Shown here: one piece after another, positions 38,594 through 48,366 of the stretch
Layout: each line of letters starts with the position of its first letter
Numbering within the stretch: position 1 is the first letter of the stretch
Source of the DNA: an uncultured Verrucomicrobiae bacterium
Lineage (GTDB): Bacteria > Verrucomicrobiota > Verrucomicrobiia > Chthoniobacterales > JAFAMB01
Assembly (NCBI GenBank): GCA_963837955.1
Contig: CAWIPH010000002.1
Location: forward strand, 1,568,001-1,632,000
DNA: 64,000 nt
Reading direction: 5' to 3'
The notes under the pieces: generated by a model
The model's database searches: none
Seen by the model: the letters and a program-made list of their open reading frames with translations, nothing else
What the model was told of the DNA's origin: nothing
Position numbers and translations under genes: made by a program

Positions 38594-39982
38594 TCAGTAA
38601 AGCTCGCCTCCAGAATGCGACGAGGCGTTGTAGAATTCTTTCACCGCATGGTAACCCTTAAAAAGCGTCCGCGAAATGTTCGGCTTCCCTAACCCGTAGG
38701 TGGATTGATCCACGTCGCTGGTGACACCGTACCCGGCCTCATCCGAATAGCTGCCGGCGAAAGCTCCACCCTGGAAATCACCGTTCGGGCCTCCAACCTG
38801 AACGTTGTAGTTGTTGGGGCCGGCTTTCCAATATTCATCGGACCAGTCAAAAATGAATCCGCCCACGCAGACTTGCTCATTGTTGTTCGCCAGATTGCCT
38901 TTAATTGTATTCCATTGTTCGTTGAGGAAGGTCGCGACAGGTACGGCAGCCTTATAAGGCTGGCCTGTGCCCATTTGGCTTTCCGGCACATCATCAAGGT
39001 TTTTGATGGGCTGTATGGAGGTTGTCCCGTAAACGCCGGGAGCGGGCCGGGTCGTGTGCGGCGTGCCCCATTCGCCGAGAATCAACGGCTTCCTTTTGCC
39101 TAATGATTTCATTAGCTCCGCGTACTGCGTAAAGACCGAGCCGTCCCCGAAAGTCGGCCCGCGATAGACGTTGATGCTCCACGAGTCAAGATTATGGAGG
39201 TGCCTCGACTCTTCGCCAAGTTTGATGGCCGGCCAAGTCTCTTGCGGCGTGAAGTTGTCGTTGGTCGCACTCGTGAGGAACGGTTTCTTGCCCCGGCTGA
39301 GCCCCGCGTCGTTCGCTGCATCGATCAATTTTCCGAAGTTGCTCCAGAACTGCGGGTTGTGGGTTACTCCGTCGAAGATCTCGTTGCCAATCATGTAACC
39401 GAAAACCGCCGGGTGATTGACCGTGCTCTTTACGAGTTTGTCGTACTCACTGATGTAATCGTTGAGGCCCTTTCCGCCCTGCGCGATCACGCCGCCCTGA
39501 GTGTAGGAAAACATCACCACGTAAATGGGTTTGTTTCCGCCGTTCCAGCAGTGGTCGAGAAATTCCTTCCAATTTCCGGCTGTGCCGGGTTCGCCAGCGT
39601 TATGATTAGGATTCCCGGCATACAATTTGATCACGTTGATGCCGGCCTCACGCATCTTATCGATGTCCGGTTTCCAGACGTTCGCGTAATAGGGAATGAA
39701 ATAATCGCCATAAGGAATAAAGCCGGGAAACGTGCCGATCGGAACCGGCGAGTAATTCATCCCTTTAATGACAAAAGGCTTTCCGTCGACGTACAGCATG
39801 AATTTAGATGCCTCAACTTGGGTGTTGGGCAGATTGGAGTCCTGCACCGCCGGCATGACGCGGTTGGCGTCGTCTAAGCTTACTGCGTACGCACTGATGC
39901 CGACGAAAGTGAGGAGTATTGAGACAGTCGCGCAGCGCAACCTCGTAATGGCTGTCCATGTTCCTGGAACTGACTGGCTCAT
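38594..39982 (-). CDS. Secreted clan GH-A glycoside hydrolase (GH2-like TIM barrel)
   Basis: Signal-like N-terminus; VDGKPFVIKGMNY, IGNE acid/base, LILGEWG nucleophile and FDWSDEYWK. Confidence 0.75.
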   Translation of the reverse strand: MSQSVPGTWTAITRLRCATVSILLTFVGISAYAVSLDDANRVMPAVQDSNLPNTQVEASKFMLYVDGKPFVIKGMNYSPVPIGTFPGFIPYGDYFIPYYANVWKPDIDKMREAGINVIKLYAGNPNHNAGEPGTAGNWKEFLDHCWNGGNKPIYVVMFSYTQGGVIAQGGKGLNDYISEYDKLVKSTVNHPAVFGYMIGNEIFDGVTHNPQFWSNFGKLIDAANDAGLSRGKKPFLTSATNDNFTPQETWPAIKLGEESRHLHNLDSWSINVYRGPTFGDGSVFTQYAELMKSLGKRKPLILGEWGTPHTTRPAPGVYGTTSIQPIKNLDDVPESQMGTGQPYKAAVPVATFLNEQWNTIKGNLANNNEQVCVGGFIFDWSDEYWKAGPNNYNVQVGGPNGDFQGGAFAGSYSDEAGYGVTSDVDQSTYGLGKPNISRTLFKGYHAVKEFYNASSHSGGELY

Positions 39983-39997
39983 GATGGGGGTACCTAG

Positions 39998-40384
39998 TCA
40001 CTATCTGAGCGCGGCGTTACAGTCAAGGAAAGCGGTTGGCCGAATTTCCGTCGCGGTGCATTCAAGCCCGGCCAGAAGTCGTTCATGTACGGGTGGTGCG
40101 CGGGTCCGGCTGGTATCGGTCTTGCCAGACTGGCCCGGTTCGGTGGCGGAACGTTCGAGACGCGCGAGGAAATACAGGCTGCGATCGTCGACGCCACGTC
40201 GGGACCAAGTTTCCCGGCAGGCCATCTCTGTTGTGGCCGATGCGGGCGGATCGAACTGCTCCTCGAGGCGGCCAATCTCCTTGCCGACAATACGTTGCGA
40301 GACGCTGCGGTTTCGCAAGCAATTGTGGTAGAATGCGGTCTAAATTGTAGAATTCGCTTATTACCCATTCGATATAGGCATTGA
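39998..40384 (+). pseudogene. Lanthipeptide cyclase (LanC/LanM C-terminal) fragment
   Basis: GWPNFR...YGWCAGPAGIGLARL...HLCCGRCGRIELLLEAA, the zinc-ligand motifs of LanC-like domains. Confidence 0.75.
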
Positions 40385-40471
40385 AGTCGATTTCTTTGTA
40401 GGTGGCCCGCCAGGCATCGAGCAGATTCGGCTGATAGCCAGACATCTCTGATTAGAGCCATGCGAGCCTGA

Positions 40472-40942
40472 TCACCCGAGCCAAAGTCGCGGATCCAGGT
40501 TTAGCTCCATTTCCGGATCAATCCGAATTTTCGGAAAGTCACGGTGGCGCGTATTTAAAACGAAGTTGCGCTCGGTGTCCAAAACCGCGCTTGGCACAGA
40601 CAGAACAGCCGAGCGGCTTTCTAAAAACCAATCCTCGCCGAATTTCTGAGCAGCGGTCTTTGAGCCGTCAGACGAAAACCTCTCTCTCCAGCCCACCGGC
40701 GGGTTGGTCACTGTTTCCACTAGTGCCGCATCGAACTCGAAAAGAAAATAAACGTATCCATCCTTGGGATCGTAGGTTGCCTGGTTAACGCGAAGCTCCA
40801 ATACCGCCAGCGAAAGATGCTCGGAACCATATACGGCGGGTATATTCTTTGGGTTCCATCGGCCGCCATATCTCCTCGCCCCCTCCCCATTGAACGCGCC
40901 GCTGGCGCGCGCTTTACGCACCAGGCGATATCCGACCATCAA
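40472..40942 (-). CDS. RES-domain toxin (NAD+-consuming family)
   Basis: YRL...FNGEGARRYGGRWN...SLAVLE...VPSAV...NFVLN; R, E and S residues present. Confidence 0.92.
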   Translation of the reverse strand: MMVGYRLVRKARASGAFNGEGARRYGGRWNPKNIPAVYGSEHLSLAVLELRVNQATYDPKDGYVYFLFEFDAALVETVTNPPVGWRERFSSDGSKTAAQKFGEDWFLESRSAVLSVPSAVLDTERNFVLNTRHRDFPKIRIDPEMELNLDPRLWLG

Positions 40943-41385
40943 CTGTAGACCCCATAATCGATGCGTCCCAAAAGATCATCAACCTGCATCGCGCCAACCG
41001 AGGTATCGGCTCGTTGCAGCGGAGTTTCGCCTCCTAAGGCCGCTAACGGCGTAGACATCCAGCCTCGCGCCTTTTCGACGCTGCCAAAGATTTCGGTCGC
41101 CCGATCTAAGAGCCTGGCAACCCGCGCCAGACTATCCGATTCGGTCGGACTCAGTACTCCATCCTTCAAGCGTCGGTCGAATGTTCGGCTCGAAATATTG
41201 AGCAGTTCGGCCAGGGTTCGCTCAGCAATTCGCAGTTCAGACGCCACCTTCACCAACCATTTGACGGAGAGTCCCTTGCGCACGCTTTCGATCGTCATCG
41301 AACGCTGAATTGTGGTGTCCTTTTGATGGCCCTCTTTTCTTCGGTAGTGCTTGAATCCGCCAGCCGCTCGCTTCGCCTTCGCCAT
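40939..41385 (-). CDS. Xre/MbcA/ParS-type antitoxin
   Basis: HTH (LLNISSRTFDRR), LSPTESD and ARGWM..P..ALGGETPL...L.RIDYGVYS; 4-bp overlap with the RES gene. Confidence 0.92.
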   Translation of the reverse strand: MAKAKRAAGGFKHYRRKEGHQKDTTIQRSMTIESVRKGLSVKWLVKVASELRIAERTLAELLNISSRTFDRRLKDGVLSPTESDSLARVARLLDRATEIFGSVEKARGWMSTPLAALGGETPLQRADTSVGAMQVDDLLGRIDYGVYS

Positions 41386-41504
41386 ATGGCGTTTATTATA
41401 TCGCCATTAGGCGGTTCCGGTCCAGGGATTTCCCAGCGTCCTTTTCGTCCAAGGCTGTCAGTCTTTTTAGAAGCAGGTCGCGAAAACCGTCATTGTGACC
41501 GTTA

Positions 41505-41963
41505 GCGCCCAGCGCGGAACGCGTGATTCAAGAAAGCCTAGGGTGCAGCCCTAGGAATTCGGATAACCCGGCCGCCGCAAGCGCTGAAGGCGCGTTTCAA
41601 TCTACCACAAATGATTCGGCCCAAGACTTGCAAGCCCAACACGGCTTGTCTCTGTCACGCGCTTTCAGCGCTAGACCTCGTGTATATTCTTGTTCCTAGG
41701 GCTGTACCCTAGGCTATCTTGAGTCACGGCTTCGCCGCTGAAGATGAGTCGCGGCTTCCGACTTCGCGAATCCCTTCGCCGGCAATTCGAATTATCAGCA
41801 CAGGCTTCGTCGGACGCGTCGCCGCTGAAGACGCGCTCACCGATTTTGATCAAGCGAAGTCCGACACCGTGCTAGGCTATCTCGAATCGCGCGTTCCCCG
41901 CTTGAACCATCACGGCGTTTCGCCGATGGCGCCAACACTTCCAACTCTTTGCGCTCTCTGCGT
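41505..41963. repeat. Palindromic dispersed element, copy 2 (inverted relative to 17365-17735)
   Basis: Same arms (aagaaagcctagggtgcagccctaggaa / ttcctagggctgtaccctaggctatcttga) plus an internal insertion. Confidence 0.85.
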
Positions 41964-42063
41964 AGGCAGACCGGATACTAGGGTTGAATTTGCGTAGTGA
42001 AACGTGATCTAATCCGAAATCCGAGACGGGCTAGTCGCTCTGCCGCCTCTTGAGGAGAAATCC

Positions 42064-45000
42064 GTGAACCCTATTAATTTTACCGGTAGACTGGATACTC
42101 AGGAACGTTCCGGAGGGCTGGTAAGAAATTCCGAATCCGGTGATCGGGGTGACTTCGTAGCGCCCACGCCGGTTGCGGTCACCCCACTGATAGGTCGAGA
42201 TGCCGAGTTCAGTTTACTGAAAGATCGATGGGACCGGGCCCAAGAGGGTGTAGGCCAAGTAGTGCTTGTGCTGGGGGAGCCGGGTTTAGGGAAGTCACGC
42301 CTAGTCCACACTATTACCCAGCTGGTACGGGAGGCAGTAAGCACTGCTTCTTGGCCTGCGACTGCCGACTCCACCGGCACCATGCCGATCGACCAAAACG
42401 CTTTCATCATCGAATTGCGTTGTTCACAGCATTTCCAGAACTCGGAACTCTACCCGGTGTCCGATTTCATGGAGCGCTTTCTCGGGTTCGCCCATGATCA
42501 ATCACCAACGGCTCGCTTCGACCTGCTTGCACGGCATTTAGAGGATTACGACCTGGGCTCGGAATCTCTCGGGCTGTTCGCCAAACTTCTCTTTCTCCCA
42601 CCCGGTGAGCGCTACTTGGCAGCTGGTCTCACGCCCGCCCGCGAGCGCGAGGAGACGTTTCGTATGTTGCGTCAGTGGCTCGGCGCGCACGCTGCCAAGC
42701 GACCGGTTTTGTTCGTAGTTGAGGATTTGCATTGGAGCGATGCATCGACCCTGGAGTTCCTAGGCCAGTTCATCGGTGAGGGTCCGCACGAGCGAATCCT
42801 TACGGTCCTGACATTCCGGCCAGAATTCAAGGTTCCTTGGCCGGCAGCAGCCCACCAAACAATACTCGCGCTCAATCGCCTAACCCGTCGGCAAGTAACC
42901 GAATGGATCCGAGGAGACTCGAACGAGCGGTTGCCAGATTCGTTGGTTGCGCAAATTTACGAACGTACCGGCGGCGTGCCTCTTCTAGTCGAAGAGTTCA
43001 CCAGAATGGTCCGTGAATCAACGGTGTTGGACGTAGCGGCCGAGGTGTCCGCTCCCGGCAAGGCGGCTCCTGCAGGAGAAATTCCGGCCACGCTGCAAGA
43101 TCTGGTGATGGCTCGACTCGATCGCATCGGAATCGACTCGGATACAGTTCAGCTTGCCGCCACGCTCGGCCGTCAGTTCGACTACGAATTGCTCGCTGCA
43201 ATTGTAGCCGTCGACGAACAGACACTTCGAACCGAATTAGCAAAGCTGGTGTCGGCCGATATCTTGTACGTCAAAGGTCAGCCGCCACGTTGTGCTTATC
43301 TCTTTAAACATGCGCTGGTCGAGGAAGCCTTGTACGCCGCCATCGATGAGCCGAAGCGCCGGCAGTTTCATCAGCGAATCGCAGAGATCATGGAAGAGAA
43401 GTTTCCGCAATCGGTGGAAATGCAACCCGAGTTGATTGCGGAGCATTTCACTAAGGCTGGGATCATTCAGAAGGCGGTCGGGTATAGCTTGAAAGCGGGA
43501 CTACGCTCGCGAGATCGGTTCGCCAACTTCGAGGCGGTTAGCCATTTTCACAAAGGCCTGCAGCTGGTCGAAACCCTGGACGCATCACCCGATCGGGACG
43601 CTCGCGAGCTGGAGTTACTTGCTCCACTGGGTACTGCTTACATCGCATGGCGAGGTTACGCGGCGGCAGAAGTTGGCCCCATTTTCCGCCGCGCCCACGC
43701 GCTGTGTGAGCGGGTAGGACAGACACCACAACTCTTCGCGATCATGTGGGGAAATTTCGCGTATCATATCGTGCGCGGCGATTTCAAGATCTGCACCGAT
43801 CTCGCTGAGGAAGCAATGGCTTTCGGCGAACGCCTTAACGATCCCGGCATCCTCATGGAAGCTCTTTTTCTCAGGGGCGTGACGCAACTCTATCGCGGCG
43901 ACTTCACCGGTGCTCGAGACTCTTGCGCGCAGGGTATCGCCGACTTTGACGATCGCGAGCGCACGGCATTCTGGGCAAGGGTGATTGGCGAAGACGCCGG
44001 CGTTACCCATCGCTGTTACCTGGCCCTGGCTTGGTGGCATCTCGGTTTTCCGGACCAGTCGCTGCGACTCAATCGCGACATGGTCGAGCTGGCACGCTCG
44101 ATCAACCACCCCTTTAGCCTGGAATACGCGCTACATCACACCGGTTGGCTCCACCAACATTGCCGCCTCGGGGTCCAGACCCAGGTGTTCGGCGAGGAGC
44201 AAATGCGAATCGCGACGGAGCAAGGGTTTCTTTTCTGGCACGCATCGGGCACACTTTACGCCGCTGGTGGTTTGCTGCTGCAGGGCAGAATGGAGCAGGG
44301 GCTTCAGCTGCTGCAAAAAGGGCTCGAGGCCTATCGCGCCACAGGCGCCCAACTAGGTCTTCCGTACTATCTCAGTATGCTAGCGGATGCTCGCACGCAG
44401 ATGGGCCAATTCGTCGAAGCCGGCGCTGCCCTCAATGAGGCCATCATGCTCGTGGAAGAAAATGAGGAGCGATTTCAAGAAGCGGAGCTGTATCGGCTCA
44501 AAGGCGAATTGCTGTTGGCCGAGTTAGACGATCGCTCCGCTGCTGAGGAATGCTTTCGTCGAGCAGTTGAGATAGCCGAGCGTCAGCAGAGCAAAGCGTG
44601 GAAACTGCGTGCAACGATGAGCCTGGCGCGACTTTGGCAAAAGCAGGGGCGCCGCAAAGACGCGTTCACTGCTCTTAGTGCTGCATATGGCATGTTCACA
44701 GAAGGATTCACGATGCCCGACCTGGTCGATGCGTCAGCCTTACTCGAAACTCTCACAACCGAGCGCATGCGCGCCGAATTCGCCGCTGGTATCAAATACG
44801 TGCGCGACTGCATTCCTGCCCCGATGGATGGCTCGGTCTCCGTCGATTGGCGCTATGTGCCAGCCTCCACTCTGGGCGGCGATACCATCGGCTATTACTG
44901 GGTGGATCCCGATCACTTGGTCTTCTATCTCGTCGATGTCACGGGACACGGATTGGATTCCGCGCTCCTATCTGTCAGCATCGCTAACGTGATCCGCTCG

Positions 45001-45492
45001 GGAGCTTTATCCGGCGCTGACATGAGGCGCCCCGATCAGGTGCTGGCCCAGCTCAATGACGCCTTCCGCGGACAACAACACGGCAATAAGTACTTCACGA
45101 TCTGGTACGGGGTTTACCACTTGGCGACCCGCAGCCTGACTTGGGCAGGCGGCGGACACCCTCCCTCCATTGTGCTCGTTCGGGGCGAACCGAATCCGCT
45201 CGTTCTTCCTTCCGAGGGACTGATGATGGGCGTGCTTCCTGGTCAAGAGTTCCCAGCTCAATCATGCCAGATCCCGGTCGAAGCGCGACTACTGATCTTT
45301 AGCGACGGTGCATTTGAAATCTTCCGCGAGGGACGCGCGGTCTGGAATCTCGCTGATTGCATTGCCCATCTGGCAGTCTTGGCCAAAGGGGAGGGCGGTC
45401 TGATGGATCAGTTACTGCAACACGTTCAACGCCTGCGTGGATCGCCTCACCTCGAGGACGATTTCTCGATCATTGAAGCTCGCTTCCATTAA
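42064..45492 (+). CDS. AAA/STAND-type ATPase with TPR-like helical region and C-terminal SpoIIE/PP2C phosphatase
   Basis: Walker A GEPGLGKS, Walker B VVEDLHWSD, TGGVPL and YLFKHAL; C-terminal GGD...DVTGHG...SDG...DD. Confidence 0.85.
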   Translation: MNPINFTGRLDTQERSGGLVRNSESGDRGDFVAPTPVAVTPLIGRDAEFSLLKDRWDRAQEGVGQVVLVLGEPGLGKSRLVHTITQLVREAVSTASWPATADSTGTMPIDQNAFIIELRCSQHFQNSELYPVSDFMERFLGFAHDQSPTARFDLLARHLEDYDLGSESLGLFAKLLFLPPGERYLAAGLTPAREREETFRMLRQWLGAHAAKRPVLFVVEDLHWSDASTLEFLGQFIGEGPHERILTVLTFRPEFKVPWPAAAHQTILALNRLTRRQVTEWIRGDSNERLPDSLVAQIYERTGGVPLLVEEFTRMVRESTVLDVAAEVSAPGKAAPAGEIPATLQDLVMARLDRIGIDSDTVQLAATLGRQFDYELLAAIVAVDEQTLRTELAKLVSADILYVKGQPPRCAYLFKHALVEEALYAAIDEPKRRQFHQRIAEIMEEKFPQSVEMQPELIAEHFTKAGIIQKAVGYSLKAGLRSRDRFANFEAVSHFHKGLQLVETLDASPDRDARELELLAPLGTAYIAWRGYAAAEVGPIFRRAHALCERVGQTPQLFAIMWGNFAYHIVRGDFKICTDLAEEAMAFGERLNDPGILMEALFLRGVTQLYRGDFTGARDSCAQGIADFDDRERTAFWARVIGEDAGVTHRCYLALAWWHLGFPDQSLRLNRDMVELARSINHPFSLEYALHHTGWLHQHCRLGVQTQVFGEEQMRIATEQGFLFWHASGTLYAAGGLLLQGRMEQGLQLLQKGLEAYRATGAQLGLPYYLSMLADARTQMGQFVEAGAALNEAIMLVEENEERFQEAELYRLKGELLLAELDDRSAAEECFRRAVEIAERQQSKAWKLRATMSLARLWQKQGRRKDAFTALSAAYGMFTEGFTMPDLVDASALLETLTTERMRAEFAAGIKYVRDCIPAPMDGSVSVDWRYVPASTLGGDTIGYYWVDPDHLVFYLVDVTGHGLDSALLSVSIANVIRSGALSGADMRRPDQVLAQLNDAFRGQQHGNKYFTIWYGVYHLATRSLTWAGGGHPPSIVLVRGEPNPLVLPSEGLMMGVLPGQEFPAQSCQIPVEARLLIFSDGAFEIFREGRAVWNLADCIAHLAVLAKGEGGLMDQLLQHVQRLRGSPHLEDDFSIIEARFH

Positions 45493-45529
45493 GAGCTATC
45501 GCGCTCTTTGCTCCACAGAGCACGGCAAT

Positions 45530-46081
45530 TTAATGGCTAACACCAGATAGCTTCGGAGGGAGTTGCTGAGGAGGTAAAATATAGACCCGGGCCTCTCCAA
45601 GTCCCATTTCAGGATCAGCCTTACTATTTCCTTTATGCTCTTCTTGTTTAGCGAACTGTATTTCGATCGGAGCGCCCCGTAACTGCATTATTTGCATGAT
45701 AAAGTTCTGAGTCGCTTGGTGGAACTCGCGGTCGTAAGGAAATTTGTAAAGTTTTGGCTCATCAGCCATAAACGCCCAAACTCCAGCAGCAATCTCGCGG
45801 GTAGGACGTAACCACATATAAATCGCTCCCGGATCGATGCTACTTGGTTCATCGATTTTTGCCCAAAAGAGGAACGCGGTCTGACCGTTCATCGCCTTAA
45901 AGGTCATGAATCTCGGGTGCCCGAGATAGCTATCTAGCGATAGCCAAATCTGAAAACTGACCACCACGGTAGCGAGCATCAACATCAGCTTGATCCACCA
46001 ACGACCGCGACAACCAATGATTACCCATAAAAGGAGCGCAGCAAAGAGCGCAAAAGCGATTGGAATTGCTAACGTTTGCAT
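45530..46081 (-). CDS. Hypothetical membrane protein (two N-terminal TM helices); third gene of the ExbB/TolQ-like operon
   Basis: 183 aa ORF starting 4 bp after the preceding gene; two hydrophobic helices then a soluble domain. Confidence 0.75.
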   Translation of the reverse strand: MQTLAIPIAFALFAALLLWVIIGCRGRWWIKLMLMLATVVVSFQIWLSLDSYLGHPRFMTFKAMNGQTAFLFWAKIDEPSSIDPGAIYMWLRPTREIAAGVWAFMADEPKLYKFPYDREFHQATQNFIMQIMQLRGAPIEIQFAKQEEHKGNSKADPEMGLGEARVYILPPQQLPPKLSGVSH

Positions 46082-46085
46082 AAAG

Positions 46086-46700
46086 CTAAAAGTTAGTATG
46101 ACCGACGAACGACTTGGGTAGCTCGTTAATGTCTACTATGTTTCCGTCCTTCGTGAGCGTAAACCTAAAAGCCGTTTCCTCTTGTCGTTCTGCCGAAAGG
46201 GTTACTACCTTCTGGTGGACCATAATATCCTCGCTTGAGTCCGTCTTGTATAAGCTAACTTCCACCTTCGTCGGCGTGCTACAGCTCTTTCTATACATAT
46301 GAACGTTGACGATATACTCGCCCTCAATTATCCCCCGAACCGTTACCCGCTCTTCGTTCCATGCCGAAATCACTTGCCGACCGTCGGGGAGGCTGACAGT
46401 ATTGCTACCTCTCCCAGTATCGTCCCGATCCAAACTCAGTAGTCCCGACTGCAGCGTCTTAAAAAAGACCAAGTGATGAGAGGGGTCGCAAACATATAAA
46501 TCTACGTCGTCATCACTATCCCCTGGCCAAGACATTTTAATGAGGTAGAGCGAAGCGTTTTTTAAATGTTCCTGCTTAGCTTTCGCTGCGTCATCGTTTG
46601 CCACTACCAAGCTAAGCTGGAAAAGAACGACGAAAACAACGACCAGCCCCAGCAAAAAATCGACGGTCGGAATCCCTGGAAACTCACCCCTAATTTTCAC
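46086..46700 (-). CDS. ExbD/TolR/MotB-like single-TM protein with a YfaP/DUF2135-like soluble domain
   Basis: TM PTVDFLLGLVVVFVVLF with an Asp at the ExbD/TolR position; W...DDDVDLYV.DP, LDRDDTG and NEE.V...GEYIVNVH.Y; AAGGAG RBS before the GTG start. Confidence 0.7.
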   Translation of the reverse strand: MKIRGEFPGIPTVDFLLGLVVVFVVLFQLSLVVANDDAAKAKQEHLKNASLYLIKMSWPGDSDDDVDLYVCDPSHHLVFFKTLQSGLLSLDRDDTGRGSNTVSLPDGRQVISAWNEERVTVRGIIEGEYIVNVHMYRKSCSTPTKVEVSLYKTDSSEDIMVHQKVVTLSAERQEETAFRFTLTKDGNIVDINELPKSFVGHTNF

Positions 46701-46709
46701 TATTTCTCC

Positions 46710-47285
46710 TTAGCCGGCGTATTTTTCACCCCGACGAAAATCCTTTAAGGCGTATTCGATCTCGTGCTGTACCATATGGTGCTGCCAAGACAGAATAATA
46801 GGACCGAAAAAGATTCCGGTAAGCGTCGGAATAAAGGCGAGACCAATGCCTGACATTGCGTTAGACATAATTTCCTTAATGTGGGCTACGTCCACGCCGC
46901 CTCGCAATCCCCCGGCCCCTTCCAAAAACACGGTGATTCCCGCTACTGCGCCGAACATTCCGATGTAAGGTAACCAATTCGCCGTAAAGCTAAGATGATC
47001 CGTTTTGTGTTGAATCTTTCGGAGATATTTTCTGATCTCTTCCCGAGCCTCCGCTGAGAGGGATAGAGGATTCCGATCGAAATCCTCCAACGCTCTGTCG
47101 GTTCTCCAACAAAGCTTACCGCAATACCCGGCAGCGACCAAATACACTGCGGCGATCAAGCCGACCATTATTTTAATGATCGGGCTTAATTGTAAGCTTT
47201 GCTCGCGAGCGAACCCAATTGCTACGAACGCGACGACGAATGTAACCAGCGTCGTCAAACACCATTTTAAGAACAACTTCTTCAT
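46710..47285 (-). CDS. MotA/TolQ/ExbB proton-channel family protein
   Basis: LPYIGMFGAVAGI and GIGLAFIPTLTGIF helices parallel TolQ/ExbB SPYIGLFGTVWGI and GIAEALIATAIGLF. Confidence 0.75.
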   Translation of the reverse strand: MKKLFLKWCLTTLVTFVVAFVAIGFAREQSLQLSPIIKIMVGLIAAVYLVAAGYCGKLCWRTDRALEDFDRNPLSLSAEAREEIRKYLRKIQHKTDHLSFTANWLPYIGMFGAVAGITVFLEGAGGLRGGVDVAHIKEIMSNAMSGIGLAFIPTLTGIFFGPIILSWQHHMVQHEIEYALKDFRRGEKYAG

Positions 47286-47412
47286 TCAATTTCTTCCCCC
47301 GGTATGTTCCTTCGCAGCAATTCATATGCCAGCGCCCGAACCAATTCCCGGAGCAACTTCGCGTGATTACGTTGATTACTATGTAATCCACGCGCGTTAC
47401 AAAGCCGGTCCA

Positions 47413-48034
47413 ACGATGGTACAGGCTCGACTCCCGACGCTAACCATCGTTGGCCCAACTTCCTCGCAGATCGCTTGCAAGCGAGTCAACATGATCAAAA
47501 CTTCGGCGTATTGGATCAAGGTATTTCCGGCAATCGAATTCTGCATGATATCGCCGGCACCAACGCGTTGGGACGGTTAGACCGAGACGTACTTTCCCAG
47601 ACCGGCGTAAAGTATGTCACGGTACTCTTAGGCATAAACGACATCGGTTTTTCGGGCATACCTGGATTTACTGACCAAGCTGTTAGCGACGATGACATTA
47701 TCGCCGGCTTAACGCAGCTTATCGAGCGAGCGCACGCGAGAGACTAAGAATCTACGGCTGTACGCTGACGCCCTTTGAAGGAACGTTCCCTGGCTATTAT
47801 ACCCCCAAGGGCGAAGGTAAGCGCGAGACAGTCAACGAATGGATTCGCACAAGCGGCGCTTACGACGCGGTGATCGACTTCGACAAAGCCGTGCGCGACC
47901 CCAGTCACCCAACTCGAATGTTACCCGCATACGAAAGCGGAGATCATCTCCACCCAAACGATGCCGGCTACATGGCTATGGCCAATGCAGTCGACCTGTC
48001 ACTATTCAGTCAGGAAGAAGAAGGGGAGGAATAG
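47413..48034 (+). pseudogene. SGNH/GDSL hydrolase, 5'-truncated and frameshifted
   Basis: RWPNFLADRL, GISGNRIL and LLGINDIG; a frameshift near 47745 continues to IDFDKAVRDP...DHLHPNDAGY. Confidence 0.85.
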
Positions 48035-48366
48035 CACGTTGCTCCTTAGTTTTTTGAGCATTTGAGGCGGACCGGACGGTTCGCCTCAGGGATTCGATCG
48101 CGCATGGGTCATCTGCCGCTAGTACAGAATCGCCTTATCGCACACGGACATCTGATGGTCTTTGCGTGTGCTCGACGATTTTGACTGGCAACCCGTTGCA
48201 CTCCCATCCTTTCTTAAGTTCTTTCGGGCTGCGACCAGATCACGTGAATTTACAAACTGAGCATATAGCGTGAAGAAAGTACCATTTCGAGCTGGCCTGC
48301 CGATCACTCTCATTCCGAGACACAGACGCAACATTCTTGGATGGATCTCTCCGGGTTAATCGCGGA

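Noticed and set aside
45530..47285. Canonical Zorya, TonB-ExbBD, Tol-Pal or flagellar MotAB
   Set aside because: No long ZorA tail, no OmpA-like domain, no ZorC/D/E, no TonB/TolA/TolB/Pal and no flagellar genes. Kept instead as a distinct candidate.
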